Assembly (NCBI GenBank): GCA_963666765.1
Contig: OY762933.1
Span: 129,814-193,813, forward strand
Length of the DNA: 64,000 nucleotides
Direction of reading: 5' to 3'
DNA from: Gammaproteobacteria bacterium
Lineage (GTDB): Bacteria > Pseudomonadota > Gammaproteobacteria > Steroidobacterales > Foliamicaceae
The position numbers and the translations under genes were made by a program. Shown here in pieces: positions 57,280 through 64,000 of the stretch; within the stretch, counting starts at the first letter, position 1, and every line of letters begins with the position of its first letter. The notes beneath the pieces were generated by a model, which did no database searches, had not been told where the DNA came from, and saw nothing but the letters and a program-made list of their open reading frames with translations.

Positions 57280-58929
57280 CTATTGATATAAGAATGCCGC
57301 GGCACTGGAAACTCGGTTCAGTGTGGAGCGCACCTCGTATAGCAAATCGTCTGCTGGAATATCAGGGTCTTGACCGGCCATCTCGTATCCCAGTGCCATT
57401 GAATATTCCGAGAAGGCAATTTCATACGACAAACGTCGAAACGCCAGATCCTCCGGACCACCCGTCTTGAGTGCTTTAGCTACGACTGGATGATCAAGAT
57501 TAATAATGATCCGCAATGCTGCATCGTCATATACAGATCGTGCTTCGTCAGAACCCAGGTTTTCGTAGCCAACGCTGAAGCCGCCTTTTGGTTTCCGGCG
57601 TTTTCCTGATCCTCCCGATGGTGATACGCTATCGACACCCGCCGGATTTGGTAAGCCGCTTGCTTGCAATTGAGGATTGGGGCGGTTTTGTGGTTTCCTC
57701 GACTCGGTGACGGTTGTCATTTCAGGCTTGTCCACATCGCCCGGAGTGTCAATTCCTTGGATCCAAGATGAATGGTCCTCCCCAGCTGATTGTCCAGAGC
57801 CAAACAGGGAGGTTGCCGAACCCGCTTTTGATGTGGCTGAGCGAATTTCCGCTAACCGATCTTGCACTCGCCGAAAGTCATCGTTCAGGACATCAGAGAT
57901 CTTATTTGCTTCCGCCGCCAACCTACGTGCCTGTTCTGATCGCTGTTCATTCCTATAGTCCTCAGCTAATTGTTTTCGAACCCTCTCCAGGTTTGCACCG
58001 AGAAAGCCGACCAAGACACGAACAACCGGGTGCTCTGGGTTTAGTTGTAAGGAGCGGGAATCGTCATAGGGCTCAATCCGAGATTCGAAAGTCTCTATTG
58101 CCGGCACGTCAATTTCGCCAAACAAATAGGAGCCGTGATCCTTCCGCGTTATTCCACAATCTTCGATTCCCACTAAATTCCCGACGCCTGCCGAGATGCG
58201 GATTCCCCGATCGAATTCTTCCAGAGGTATTTTCGAAACCTTGACAATTAGTTCAACATCGCCAATGACTTTGCTCTGCTGATCTGATGGTCGAAACGAA
58301 TGAGTTGCCGCCGTGTCTGGTTCTTTGTAGTCGCAGACATGGTCGTTGACAGCCACAAAAGGCGCTGAACTCCGAAACACCTGAAGGTGCCGTTCAATGT
58401 AATCTACTATCGCTGGCATCGGAATCTTGTTTACAAAGATGTCCGAAATCGTGACTAACGTACCGTTGGGAAGTGTCGTTGGCTCGCCAGAAACAATATG
58501 CGTAACAGGAATGTCTCCCCCATCCGAAGCTTCGATATCCTCGCGCGTGAGTGCCGTGACGTTGCGTAATCCGTCTCGGCGGGTCTCGATTTTGAGGCAG
58601 TTACCAATTCCGAATGCGGCAGATTTTCCCGTGCCGAATTTTCCTCTGCCAGGTCGTCCTCTGGCTCGCTCGATATTCTCCGCATGCATGGTGAAAAAAT
58701 GCTCCAGCCCCTTTTGGTCCATGCCGCGGCCGTTATCGTCTATTTGGATGACCTTCTTTCGCGGAAAGAGCGTCACCTGCACGCGCGGCGATACGCCACG
58801 ATCGAGGTATTGCAAACTGTTAACTACGTATTCCCAAATGACGGCGGGCACATTCTTGAAAGCCGCCGCGGACGAGAGTAAATCGCGTCCGACATGTGAC
58901 GTTAAAGCTAGCGGACTATTGGTATTCAT
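57280..58929 (-). CDS. GHKL-superfamily (MORC/Hsp90-type, HATPase_c_3-like) ATPase with coiled-coil and disordered basic region
   Basis: 549 aa. Bergerat motifs: I WEYVVNSLQY (E..N), II IQIDDNGRGMD, III GRGKFGTGKSAAFGIG. Charged helical stretch (RKQLAEDYRNEQRSEQARRLAAEANK), low-complexity S/G/P/K region, then an uncharacterised ~110-aa C-terminal domain. Confidence 0.75.
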   Translation of the reverse strand: MNTNSPLALTSHVGRDLLSSAAAFKNVPAVIWEYVVNSLQYLDRGVSPRVQVTLFPRKKVIQIDDNGRGMDQKGLEHFFTMHAENIERARGRPGRGKFGTGKSAAFGIGNCLKIETRRDGLRNVTALTREDIEASDGGDIPVTHIVSGEPTTLPNGTLVTISDIFVNKIPMPAIVDYIERHLQVFRSSAPFVAVNDHVCDYKEPDTAATHSFRPSDQQSKVIGDVELIVKVSKIPLEEFDRGIRISAGVGNLVGIEDCGITRKDHGSYLFGEIDVPAIETFESRIEPYDDSRSLQLNPEHPVVRVLVGFLGANLERVRKQLAEDYRNEQRSEQARRLAAEANKISDVLNDDFRRVQDRLAEIRSATSKAGSATSLFGSGQSAGEDHSSWIQGIDTPGDVDKPEMTTVTESRKPQNRPNPQLQASGLPNPAGVDSVSPSGGSGKRRKPKGGFSVGYENLGSDEARSVYDDAALRIIINLDHPVVAKALKTGGPEDLAFRRLSYEIAFSEYSMALGYEMAGQDPDIPADDLLYEVRSTLNRVSSAAAFLYQ

Positions 58930-58931
58930 TG

Positions 58932-59540
58932 CTATTCACCTTTACTCACTAACTGCGACATGTCTGTTAGGAAACTCGAAATCTCAGGGTCATTGCTAAA
59001 TAAATTCAACAATCGATCGATTTTTAGACTCAGCATATCGGGCTTCGTATAACTATCAATCCTAAATATTTCTTTGGCCTGAGTAGCCTTAACGGATTGC
59101 GGATTCTCCTGCCATTGTCGCCATGCTGCGGACGACTGCAGTCTCTTGGATTCTCGATCGGTCCGTACCGTATCGACTGAACCAGCACGACGAGATTCAT
59201 TGGATCCCAACGAAAAATCACATTCAAGTAGATTGAGGTTGGCCTCAATCCACTTGTTGCCTGTGGCTGTAAGCGCCCAGCCTTTCCGCCCTGATCCTCT
59301 CAATAGTGTTCCCTTGTCGGGCTTCTTTGCATTCGACAAGCAAACCCGGACTAACTCAAGATTTATCTGTTTCGGGTACTTGCGCCAGCCGAATCGACGT
59401 GGTGCAAGTTCGAAAGCCTTGATGGCAACATCTTCCGTGTCAATGAATCTCTGAGCGCCACCTAGCTGGTAGACTGCTAGTGTGACTATTTCTGATTGTC
59501 CAATCTCTTTTGTCAAGTGTTTATTTGAATATTTTGACAT
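58932..59540 (-). CDS. hypothetical protein, possible winged-helix N-terminal domain; co-operonic with the GHKL ATPase
   Basis: 202 aa. The stop TAG lies 2 nt before the ATPase ATG, with AGGTGA inside its 3' end. The N-terminal ~100 aa (EIVTLAVYQLGGAQRFIDTEDVAIKAFELAPRRFGWRKYP...GWALTATG) looks wHTH-like by eye only. Confidence 0.6.
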   Translation of the reverse strand: MSKYSNKHLTKEIGQSEIVTLAVYQLGGAQRFIDTEDVAIKAFELAPRRFGWRKYPKQINLELVRVCLSNAKKPDKGTLLRGSGRKGWALTATGNKWIEANLNLLECDFSLGSNESRRAGSVDTVRTDRESKRLQSSAAWRQWQENPQSVKATQAKEIFRIDSYTKPDMLSLKIDRLLNLFSNDPEISSFLTDMSQLVSKGE

Positions 59541-59590
59541 GGCAATATACTATAGCATCTACTTCAAGTATGTTTCTTGGGATGTAAACA

Positions 59591-61861
59591 TTGACAAATG
59601 GTCGGGCCTGGGGCTTACCAAGCGTCCAGCTACTTCCCGCATCTCTAGGAAAACTGTGGGCTGGCGAAGAGCTGCCGTCTTGGGTAGTTACGCTAGGGCA
59701 ACTACCGTCGGGTGCAAGAATAGAGGACCTATGTAGACCACTACCCCTTGAACTTGAAGCAAATCACTTTGGTCGTTTGGTGAGGTTTGTTCTTAATCTC
59801 GTGCGAGGGCGAATCGGATCGATTGACTCAATCCAAACCGTTGAAACTGATTTTTTCGCAGGACTTCGACCGGAAAAAGTACCGTGGTCCCGAAGAACTG
59901 AGAGATGCTTGCGACAAGCAGGCCTGATGGAACGGCCATCTGACCTATGTCGGCTCACCTTTGGTGACTTACTACGGATTCCAGGTATCGGAATTCGTTC
60001 CGCACTTGAATTTGCGGTCATGCTCGAGATTTATTCTCGACGCGCATCTGAAAGAACTGGAGTCGATACTATTGAGATGATTGATGAGAAAGAACGGAGA
60101 CGGGAACTTCTAGTGCAAGAAGCGAGTGATCTTGATCAGCCGAAGACATATGTCTTGACTCAAGATTCCGATCAGCAGGTCTTGACTCTAGACGGGGCGC
60201 CAAAAGAGCAACAAGAGGACATATTAATTGACGCGGCTATTCAGCCATGGGCAGATCAGATTAGCGGTAGTGATCGGCGTTTTTCGGATCTTCTTGGTTC
60301 TAGTTCTGTCGTATTGATTGAGCGCATCGAAGACGCGTTGGATCGAGATAATGCTGCCGAAGCCGATGCTCTTGCCCGTATTCTCGGCCCGTTAAAGGAA
60401 AGAATTGAGAGGATCGAATCTCTATCCTTGGAAGACGCGTTGCTGGAACTCTTCAATGCGGCCACTGGAGACTCGCGCGACCGAAATCGTGAATTGATTC
60501 GGCGGTTTGGATGGAATGGTGAGCCACCAGAAACGCTCCAGCAAGTTGGTGATCGCCTACGCGTAACGCGTGAGAGAGTCCGTCAAATTCAATCCCGAAT
60601 CGTTCGCAATCTACCAACGCATTCCGTGTTTCTGCCCCAGCTGCAAAGCGCGGTTGATGTCTTGGAAGAAGTTAGCCCGATAGCAATTGAAGATGCCGCC
60701 AAGTTGCTCCAGGAACGAGGAATCAGTCGGCGTCCTTTCCACCCGAAGAGCGTCATAGTTGCAGCTAGCGATTGCAACATTGTGACGCCCTTAAGAATCC
60801 AATCGATCCGCAGAAAGAAGATTGTCACAGCCAAAACTGGCGATAGAGTGGTAAGACGCTTGGCCTCTATAGCACGTGCGCAGAGCGGAGCAAGTGGCGC
60901 AACTGATGTGCTTGGAGTTTTGGACCAAGCCATGAAAGAAGAACTGATCTTTGAAGAAGAGCGCGCCGCCCGGTTGATTCGCAGCCTTCCGGACCTCCAA
61001 TGGCTTACAAACGATTGGTTTTGTGTCCGTTCAGTCCCAATTGAGCGAAATCGTCTTCGCAATGTTGCCCGGAAGATGCTCAGCGTAACCTCACCAATCC
61101 ATGCGGGAAAAATCCGAGCAGGTATGCGAAGAACTGTGACTTGGCGAAACGCAACTTGGAGCCAACACCGTTGGCCTATGCGTGCGCCACCCGAAGTTGT
61201 TGTTCGACAATTTCTTAAGAATCATCCGGAGTTTACGGTTGAAACTGAAGGCTTGGTCTATCCTGCAGAAGAATTGGACTACCGGAATGAGCTTGGCGCT
61301 GCAGAATGCCACATGGTTGATGCTATTCGTTCTACGCCTGCCGGAGTATTGGATCGACAATCAATTCGAGATAGTTGCATAAGAAAGGGGGTCAATCCGC
61401 ATACGCTAGAAGTGAGTTTGACCTACAGCCCGGTAATAGAACATCTTGGCGTTAACCTTTGGGCGATTGCAGGGGCGAACGTTGATCCCGCCGCCGTCGA
61501 AGCCGTTAGGAAAGCGAACGCTTTGCGGCCGAGGGAGAAACGCATAAGCGATTTCGGTTGGACCGATAAAGGAGAAATATGGATTTCTGTAATTATCCCC
61601 TCCTACCATACGTCATCATTTGTCTTCGGCGTGCCAGGCGGAGTCAAGAAGTTCCTAGTTGGCCAACGGTTTAGAGCAAGGGATGACTTGGGGAGAGCGT
61701 ATGGAGATGTTGTCGTGAACCCTGAAGGTACTGCCTATGGGGCAGGCCCCCTGCTTCTTCGAAAGGGTGCTGACTCGGGAGATATAGCCCTGTTCAGATT
61801 TGATCTGTCAGGAAATATTGTCACCATTAGCGTTGGTGGTGATGAATTATCAGAGGGTTGA
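59591..61861 (+). CDS. large protein with RNAP alpha-CTD-like HhH module and sigma-70 region-4-like HTH; C-terminal ~400 aa uncharacterised
   Basis: 756 aa from TTG (no in-frame ATG near the 5' end). Residues ~99-146 WSRRTERCLRQAGLMERPSDLCRLTFGDLLRIPGIGIRSALEF resemble alpha-CTD (..VRSANCLK.AGI....DL......ELLKI.NFGKKSL.EI). Residues ~301-341 ELIRRFGWNGEPPETLQQVGDRLRVTRERVRQIQSRIVRNL match sigma r4.2 (TLEEIG..FGVTRERIRQIE.KALRKL). No sigma region 2 is seen. Confidence 0.7.
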   Translation: MTNGRAWGLPSVQLLPASLGKLWAGEELPSWVVTLGQLPSGARIEDLCRPLPLELEANHFGRLVRFVLNLVRGRIGSIDSIQTVETDFFAGLRPEKVPWSRRTERCLRQAGLMERPSDLCRLTFGDLLRIPGIGIRSALEFAVMLEIYSRRASERTGVDTIEMIDEKERRRELLVQEASDLDQPKTYVLTQDSDQQVLTLDGAPKEQQEDILIDAAIQPWADQISGSDRRFSDLLGSSSVVLIERIEDALDRDNAAEADALARILGPLKERIERIESLSLEDALLELFNAATGDSRDRNRELIRRFGWNGEPPETLQQVGDRLRVTRERVRQIQSRIVRNLPTHSVFLPQLQSAVDVLEEVSPIAIEDAAKLLQERGISRRPFHPKSVIVAASDCNIVTPLRIQSIRRKKIVTAKTGDRVVRRLASIARAQSGASGATDVLGVLDQAMKEELIFEEERAARLIRSLPDLQWLTNDWFCVRSVPIERNRLRNVARKMLSVTSPIHAGKIRAGMRRTVTWRNATWSQHRWPMRAPPEVVVRQFLKNHPEFTVETEGLVYPAEELDYRNELGAAECHMVDAIRSTPAGVLDRQSIRDSCIRKGVNPHTLEVSLTYSPVIEHLGVNLWAIAGANVDPAAVEAVRKANALRPREKRISDFGWTDKGEIWISVIIPSYHTSSFVFGVPGGVKKFLVGQRFRARDDLGRAYGDVVVNPEGTAYGAGPLLLRKGADSGDIALFRFDLSGNIVTISVGGDELSEG

Positions 61862-62136
61862 TAAGGAAGGAGTTAAGGACATCATTCCTTTCGAGGAGAA
61901 AAACCCAATGCTCCACCGTGCCGCTAAGCGTCGCTCGCTATCCGCCCAACTGCTTGCCGCTGATCCGGTTTGGCCGTACCCGTTTCGCAATCCCCCAAAA
62001 CAAGAAGAGCTCGAAAATACGACCGGACATTTATGTGCTCTAAAATCGGACAAGTTTTGTGCTCTCTACACGAGCAAGGAAAGGCGAGCGTTGCCGCTAT
62101 ATGGTGGAACCCCTATAATCCGGAAAGACGGACGCA

Positions 62137-62511
62137 ATGTTGAAACCTCTCGAATGGATTGGGTCAAGCAAAGCGGATCTGAAGCAATTTCCCGATTCCG
62201 TGCAGGATCGCATGGGCTTCGCGATCTACCAGGCGCAGGCGGGTCTAAGGCACCGCGACACCAAAGTGCTGAAGGGCTTCGGTTCCGGTGTCCTGGAGAT
62301 TGTCGTGCGCCACGACGGCAATGCGTACAGGGCGGTTTATGTCGTCCGTTTCGAAGCTGCGGTCTATGTCCTGCACGCCTTCCAGAAGAAGGCGAAGCGG
62401 GGTATCGTCACACCCAGGAAGGAAATCGAGCTGGTCCGGAACAGGCTCGGTGCGGCCAAGAGGCATCACCGCGAAACGCTTGAGGGAAGACAAGACAATG
62501 AACCCATCTGA
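62137..62511 (+). CDS. RelE/HigB-like toxin (phage Gp49-like type)
   Basis: 124 aa. MLKPLEWIGSSKADLKQFPDSVQDRMGFAIYQAQAG...VLEIVVRHDGNAYRAVYVVRFEAAVYVLHAFQKKAKRGI matches this toxin family's consensus as I recall it. Confidence 0.85.
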   Translation: MLKPLEWIGSSKADLKQFPDSVQDRMGFAIYQAQAGLRHRDTKVLKGFGSGVLEIVVRHDGNAYRAVYVVRFEAAVYVLHAFQKKAKRGIVTPRKEIELVRNRLGAAKRHHRETLEGRQDNEPI

Positions 62512-62836
62512 TTCGAACGTGGAGGCCAGCAGCGGCAACGTTTTTGCGGACCTGGGGTTCCCCGGGGCCGATGCCCATCTTCTAAAGGCGGAACTCGTCA
62601 GCCGCATCGACGGCCTCGTGCGCCGGCGTGGCATCAGCCAGGCTGCGGCCGCGCGGCTGCTCGGCCTTGCCCAGCCGGACGTCTCGCGGCTGCTCAGGGG
62701 CGACTTCCGCGAGTATTCACTGGAGCGCCTGTTGCGCCTGCTGACTACGCTTGGCTGCGACATCGACATCGTTATCCGCCCGCAGCGCTCGGCAACGGGC
62801 GGCAGGCTGCGCGTGGCCGCTGCCGACACGGGCTAG
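62498..62836 (+). CDS. XRE-family HTH antitoxin (HigA2-like)
   Basis: ATG 62498 gives MNPSDSNVEASSGNVFADLGFPGADAHLLKAELVSRI...GISQAAAARLLGLAQPDVSRLLRGDF. Overlaps the toxin 3' end by 14 nt. Confidence 0.85.
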   Translation: MNPSDSNVEASSGNVFADLGFPGADAHLLKAELVSRIDGLVRRRGISQAAAARLLGLAQPDVSRLLRGDFREYSLERLLRLLTTLGCDIDIVIRPQRSATGGRLRVAAADTG

Positions 62837-62961
62837 ACGCGCAAGGGTGAGCGAAGCGAAGGCAGGGACGTCTTTCAGGAGTCAGGTTGGACTGCGTGCC
62901 GCCCGGAATCGTGCCCCGCGAGCTTGAACTGCCGCATAGGCACTATCACAACTCCGTTACC

Positions 62962-63174
62962 GAGCGGGCTTACGTCGAAGAACTGCGTTTTGAGGCGGCG
63001 CGCCTGCGGCGATCCTGCAAGCGCCTGGTATGGCTGAATCCGCTGCTGGGCTACAGGGATTTCCAGCCGCGCGCACGCGGCGTGCGCGTGCTGCTGCCCG
63101 CCGTGCACGAGCATCGCGCGGCCCATAACGTCGACAGCCTGCTGGGGCTTGCCGCCGCGCTGGAGGCTTGTTGA
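62962..63174 (+). pseudogene. orphan duplicate of the coxE 3' end (island-distal repeat)
   Basis: Reads ERAYVEELRFEAARLRRSCKRLVWLNPLLGYRDFQPRARGV..LLPAVHEHRAAHNV.SLLGLA, versus the same string at the end of coxE. About a dozen nt differences by eye. No upstream VWA body. Confidence 0.8.
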
Positions 63175-63231
63175 AATGCAGCCTGCTTTCGTCCGCCTTG
63201 AACGCTGCAACACCTGCAACGGAACGGCCAT

Positions 63232-63606
63232 TCAGGTCGTCAGCGTGAGTCCCGAGTTTTCCAGCCGGAGGAAGTCCGCTTCATTGGCGGTGGCGAGGGC
63301 CGCGCCGTAAAACAGGGCCGCGGCCGCGATCATGCAGTCAGGCAGCGAACCGCGGCGGCGACCTGATTCGTTGAACAGGCGGGCCGCGATTGCGGCCTGC
63401 TCCTCTGTAAAATTGTGGCGCTGTCCCACGACTTCCCCGGCGAATTCCAGTTCATCCGGCGTGAGTGGCCCGCATAGCAATTCGGCCCAGGCAACCGCGC
63501 TCATACTCAATGGTTCGCCGGCTTCGACCCACCCACGCAATCTCCGGTCTTCCGGCGACCCGTGGGTAAGAGCCCGGATCAGGAAGCTGGTGTCCAACTG
63601 GATCAT
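63232..63606 (-). CDS. vapC: PIN-domain toxin
   Basis: 124 aa. MIQLDTSFLI... (first acidic residue), ...LATANEADFLRLE (last acidic residue). Overlaps the antitoxin stop by 4 nt. Confidence 0.88.
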   Translation of the reverse strand: MIQLDTSFLIRALTHGSPEDRRLRGWVEAGEPLSMSAVAWAELLCGPLTPDELEFAGEVVGQRHNFTEEQAAIAARLFNESGRRRGSLPDCMIAAAALFYGAALATANEADFLRLENSGLTLTT

Positions 63607-63893
63607 TGCGCTTTCGAGAGCACCCGCTTGCCGGTTTCGAGGCGCTCATCGTTTACTTCCTGTTCCCACCCCGAGAGATCAACCCCCCGCTCCCGCACGG
63701 AGGATTGCAGCCGGTCCAGCGCGTGCAAGGGGCCTGTTTTCTCCGGGCGGGTACTGGAAGCTGCAATGCGAATGGCCCTTCGCAGGACTTCAGACTTGGA
63801 AACCCTCCATCGCTGCGCCAGCGCTTCAAGCGTACGGACTGAGCCCACATCGAGGGTGTAGGTTGACTTGATAGTGGGTATGGCCATACTCAA
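63603..63893 (-). CDS. vapB: RHH/CopG-type antitoxin
   Basis: 96 aa from TTG 63893 (or ATG 63887). ...LEALAQRWRVSKSEVLRRAIRIAA is a ribbon-helix-helix signature. Confidence 0.8.
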   Translation of the reverse strand: MSMAIPTIKSTYTLDVGSVRTLEALAQRWRVSKSEVLRRAIRIAASSTRPEKTGPLHALDRLQSSVRERGVDLSGWEQEVNDERLETGKRVLSKAQ

Positions 63894-63909
63894 AGTATAT
63901 GGCCATATA
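63878..63909. promoter_or_regulatory. tandem palindromic operators at the vapB start
   Basis: GTATGGCCATAC (63878..63889) and TATATGGCCATATA (63896..63909). Both are perfect palindromes sharing the core TATGGCCATA, with centres 19 bp apart. Confidence 0.6.
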
Positions 63910-64000
63910 TATGCTCGTCAATCTACATTGCCGTATCGGATTGGGGCCGGGCAATTGGGCTACCATTGAGGGTAATGTTTATCAGCATGCACATTCTGCC

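Larger units (their letters stand above)
57185..62961. mobile_element. lower-GC genomic island integrated at the coxE 3' end (no recombinase visible)
   Basis: Bracketed by ~200-nt imperfect direct repeats (56978..57184 and 62962..63174). Spot counts give 24/60 G+C for the lines starting at 57481 and 59041, versus 40/60 at 56941. Cargo: GHKL ATPase operon, alpha-CTD/sigma-r4 protein, HigB2/HigA2-type TA pair. Confidence 0.6.

Noticed and set aside
57280-58929. Interpreting the GHKL protein as a sensor histidine kinase, MutL, GyrB or Hsp90 homologue
   Set aside because: It has no transmembrane or HisKA/DHp region and no adjacent response regulator. It lacks MutL/GyrB/Hsp90 C-terminal domains. 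It sits in a foreign-composition island, operonic with a small unknown protein.
59591-61861. Annotating the 756-aa protein as an alternative sigma factor
   Set aside because: Only a region-4-like HTH is recognisable. No region 2 (core-binding / -10 recognition) motifs are visible. The protein is far larger than ECF or group 3 sigma factors and also carries an alpha-CTD-like module.
61800-62483. A 227-aa ORF spanning the end of the large island gene and the toxin gene
   Set aside because: It overlaps two ORFs that have clear family signatures, in a different frame. It has no motifs, and its middle part crosses a non-coding stretch.
62887-63174. The 95-aa ORF as an independent gene
   Set aside because: From residue ~26 onward it is a near-copy of the CoxE C-terminus without the VWA domain. 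It is best explained as the displaced 3' end at the island boundary.

Overview
This is a high-GC proteobacterial chromosomal segment (spot counts of about 65-70% G+C). Most of it encodes catabolic and uptake functions. It holds four Tat-exported DUF1838-like paralogs with a LysR regulator. It holds three paralogs of an unusual secreted protein (Ig-like domain, CXXCH haem motif, Vgb-like beta-propeller), two of them abutting aminotransferase genes. There are two hydantoinase/oxoprolinase (HyuA/HyuB) clusters: one with a TPP enzyme, an acyl-CoA dehydrogenase and TctCBA, the other with two MmgE/PrpD proteins, a YrdC/Sua5-like protein and an amidase. There are also two TonB-dependent receptor plus MFS transporter pairs, the Moco genes moaB and moeA, and a form-II-type coxG-S-L-M-D-E cluster. 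A dispersed GC-rich REP-like palindrome family fills many gene junctions and runs into several CDS ends. The most interesting part is a roughly 5.8-kb lower-GC island at 57185..62961, inserted at the 3' end of coxE and bracketed by a roughly 200-nt imperfect duplication of that 3' end. The island carries a divergent three-gene module: a small wHTH-like protein and a GHKL (MORC/Hsp90-type) ATPase on one strand, and a 756-aa protein with RNAP alpha-CTD-like and sigma-70 region-4-like modules on the other. It also carries a HigB2/HigA2-type toxin-antitoxin (TA) pair and sits next to VapBC. I read the module as a candidate undescribed defence or conflict system. A second small accessory islet (9447..11231) holds an orphan HigA with a 19-codon higB stump, a DUF488 gene and ParDE. 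No rRNA, tRNA or CRISPR array was found. All family names come from motif recognition by eye, not from database searches.
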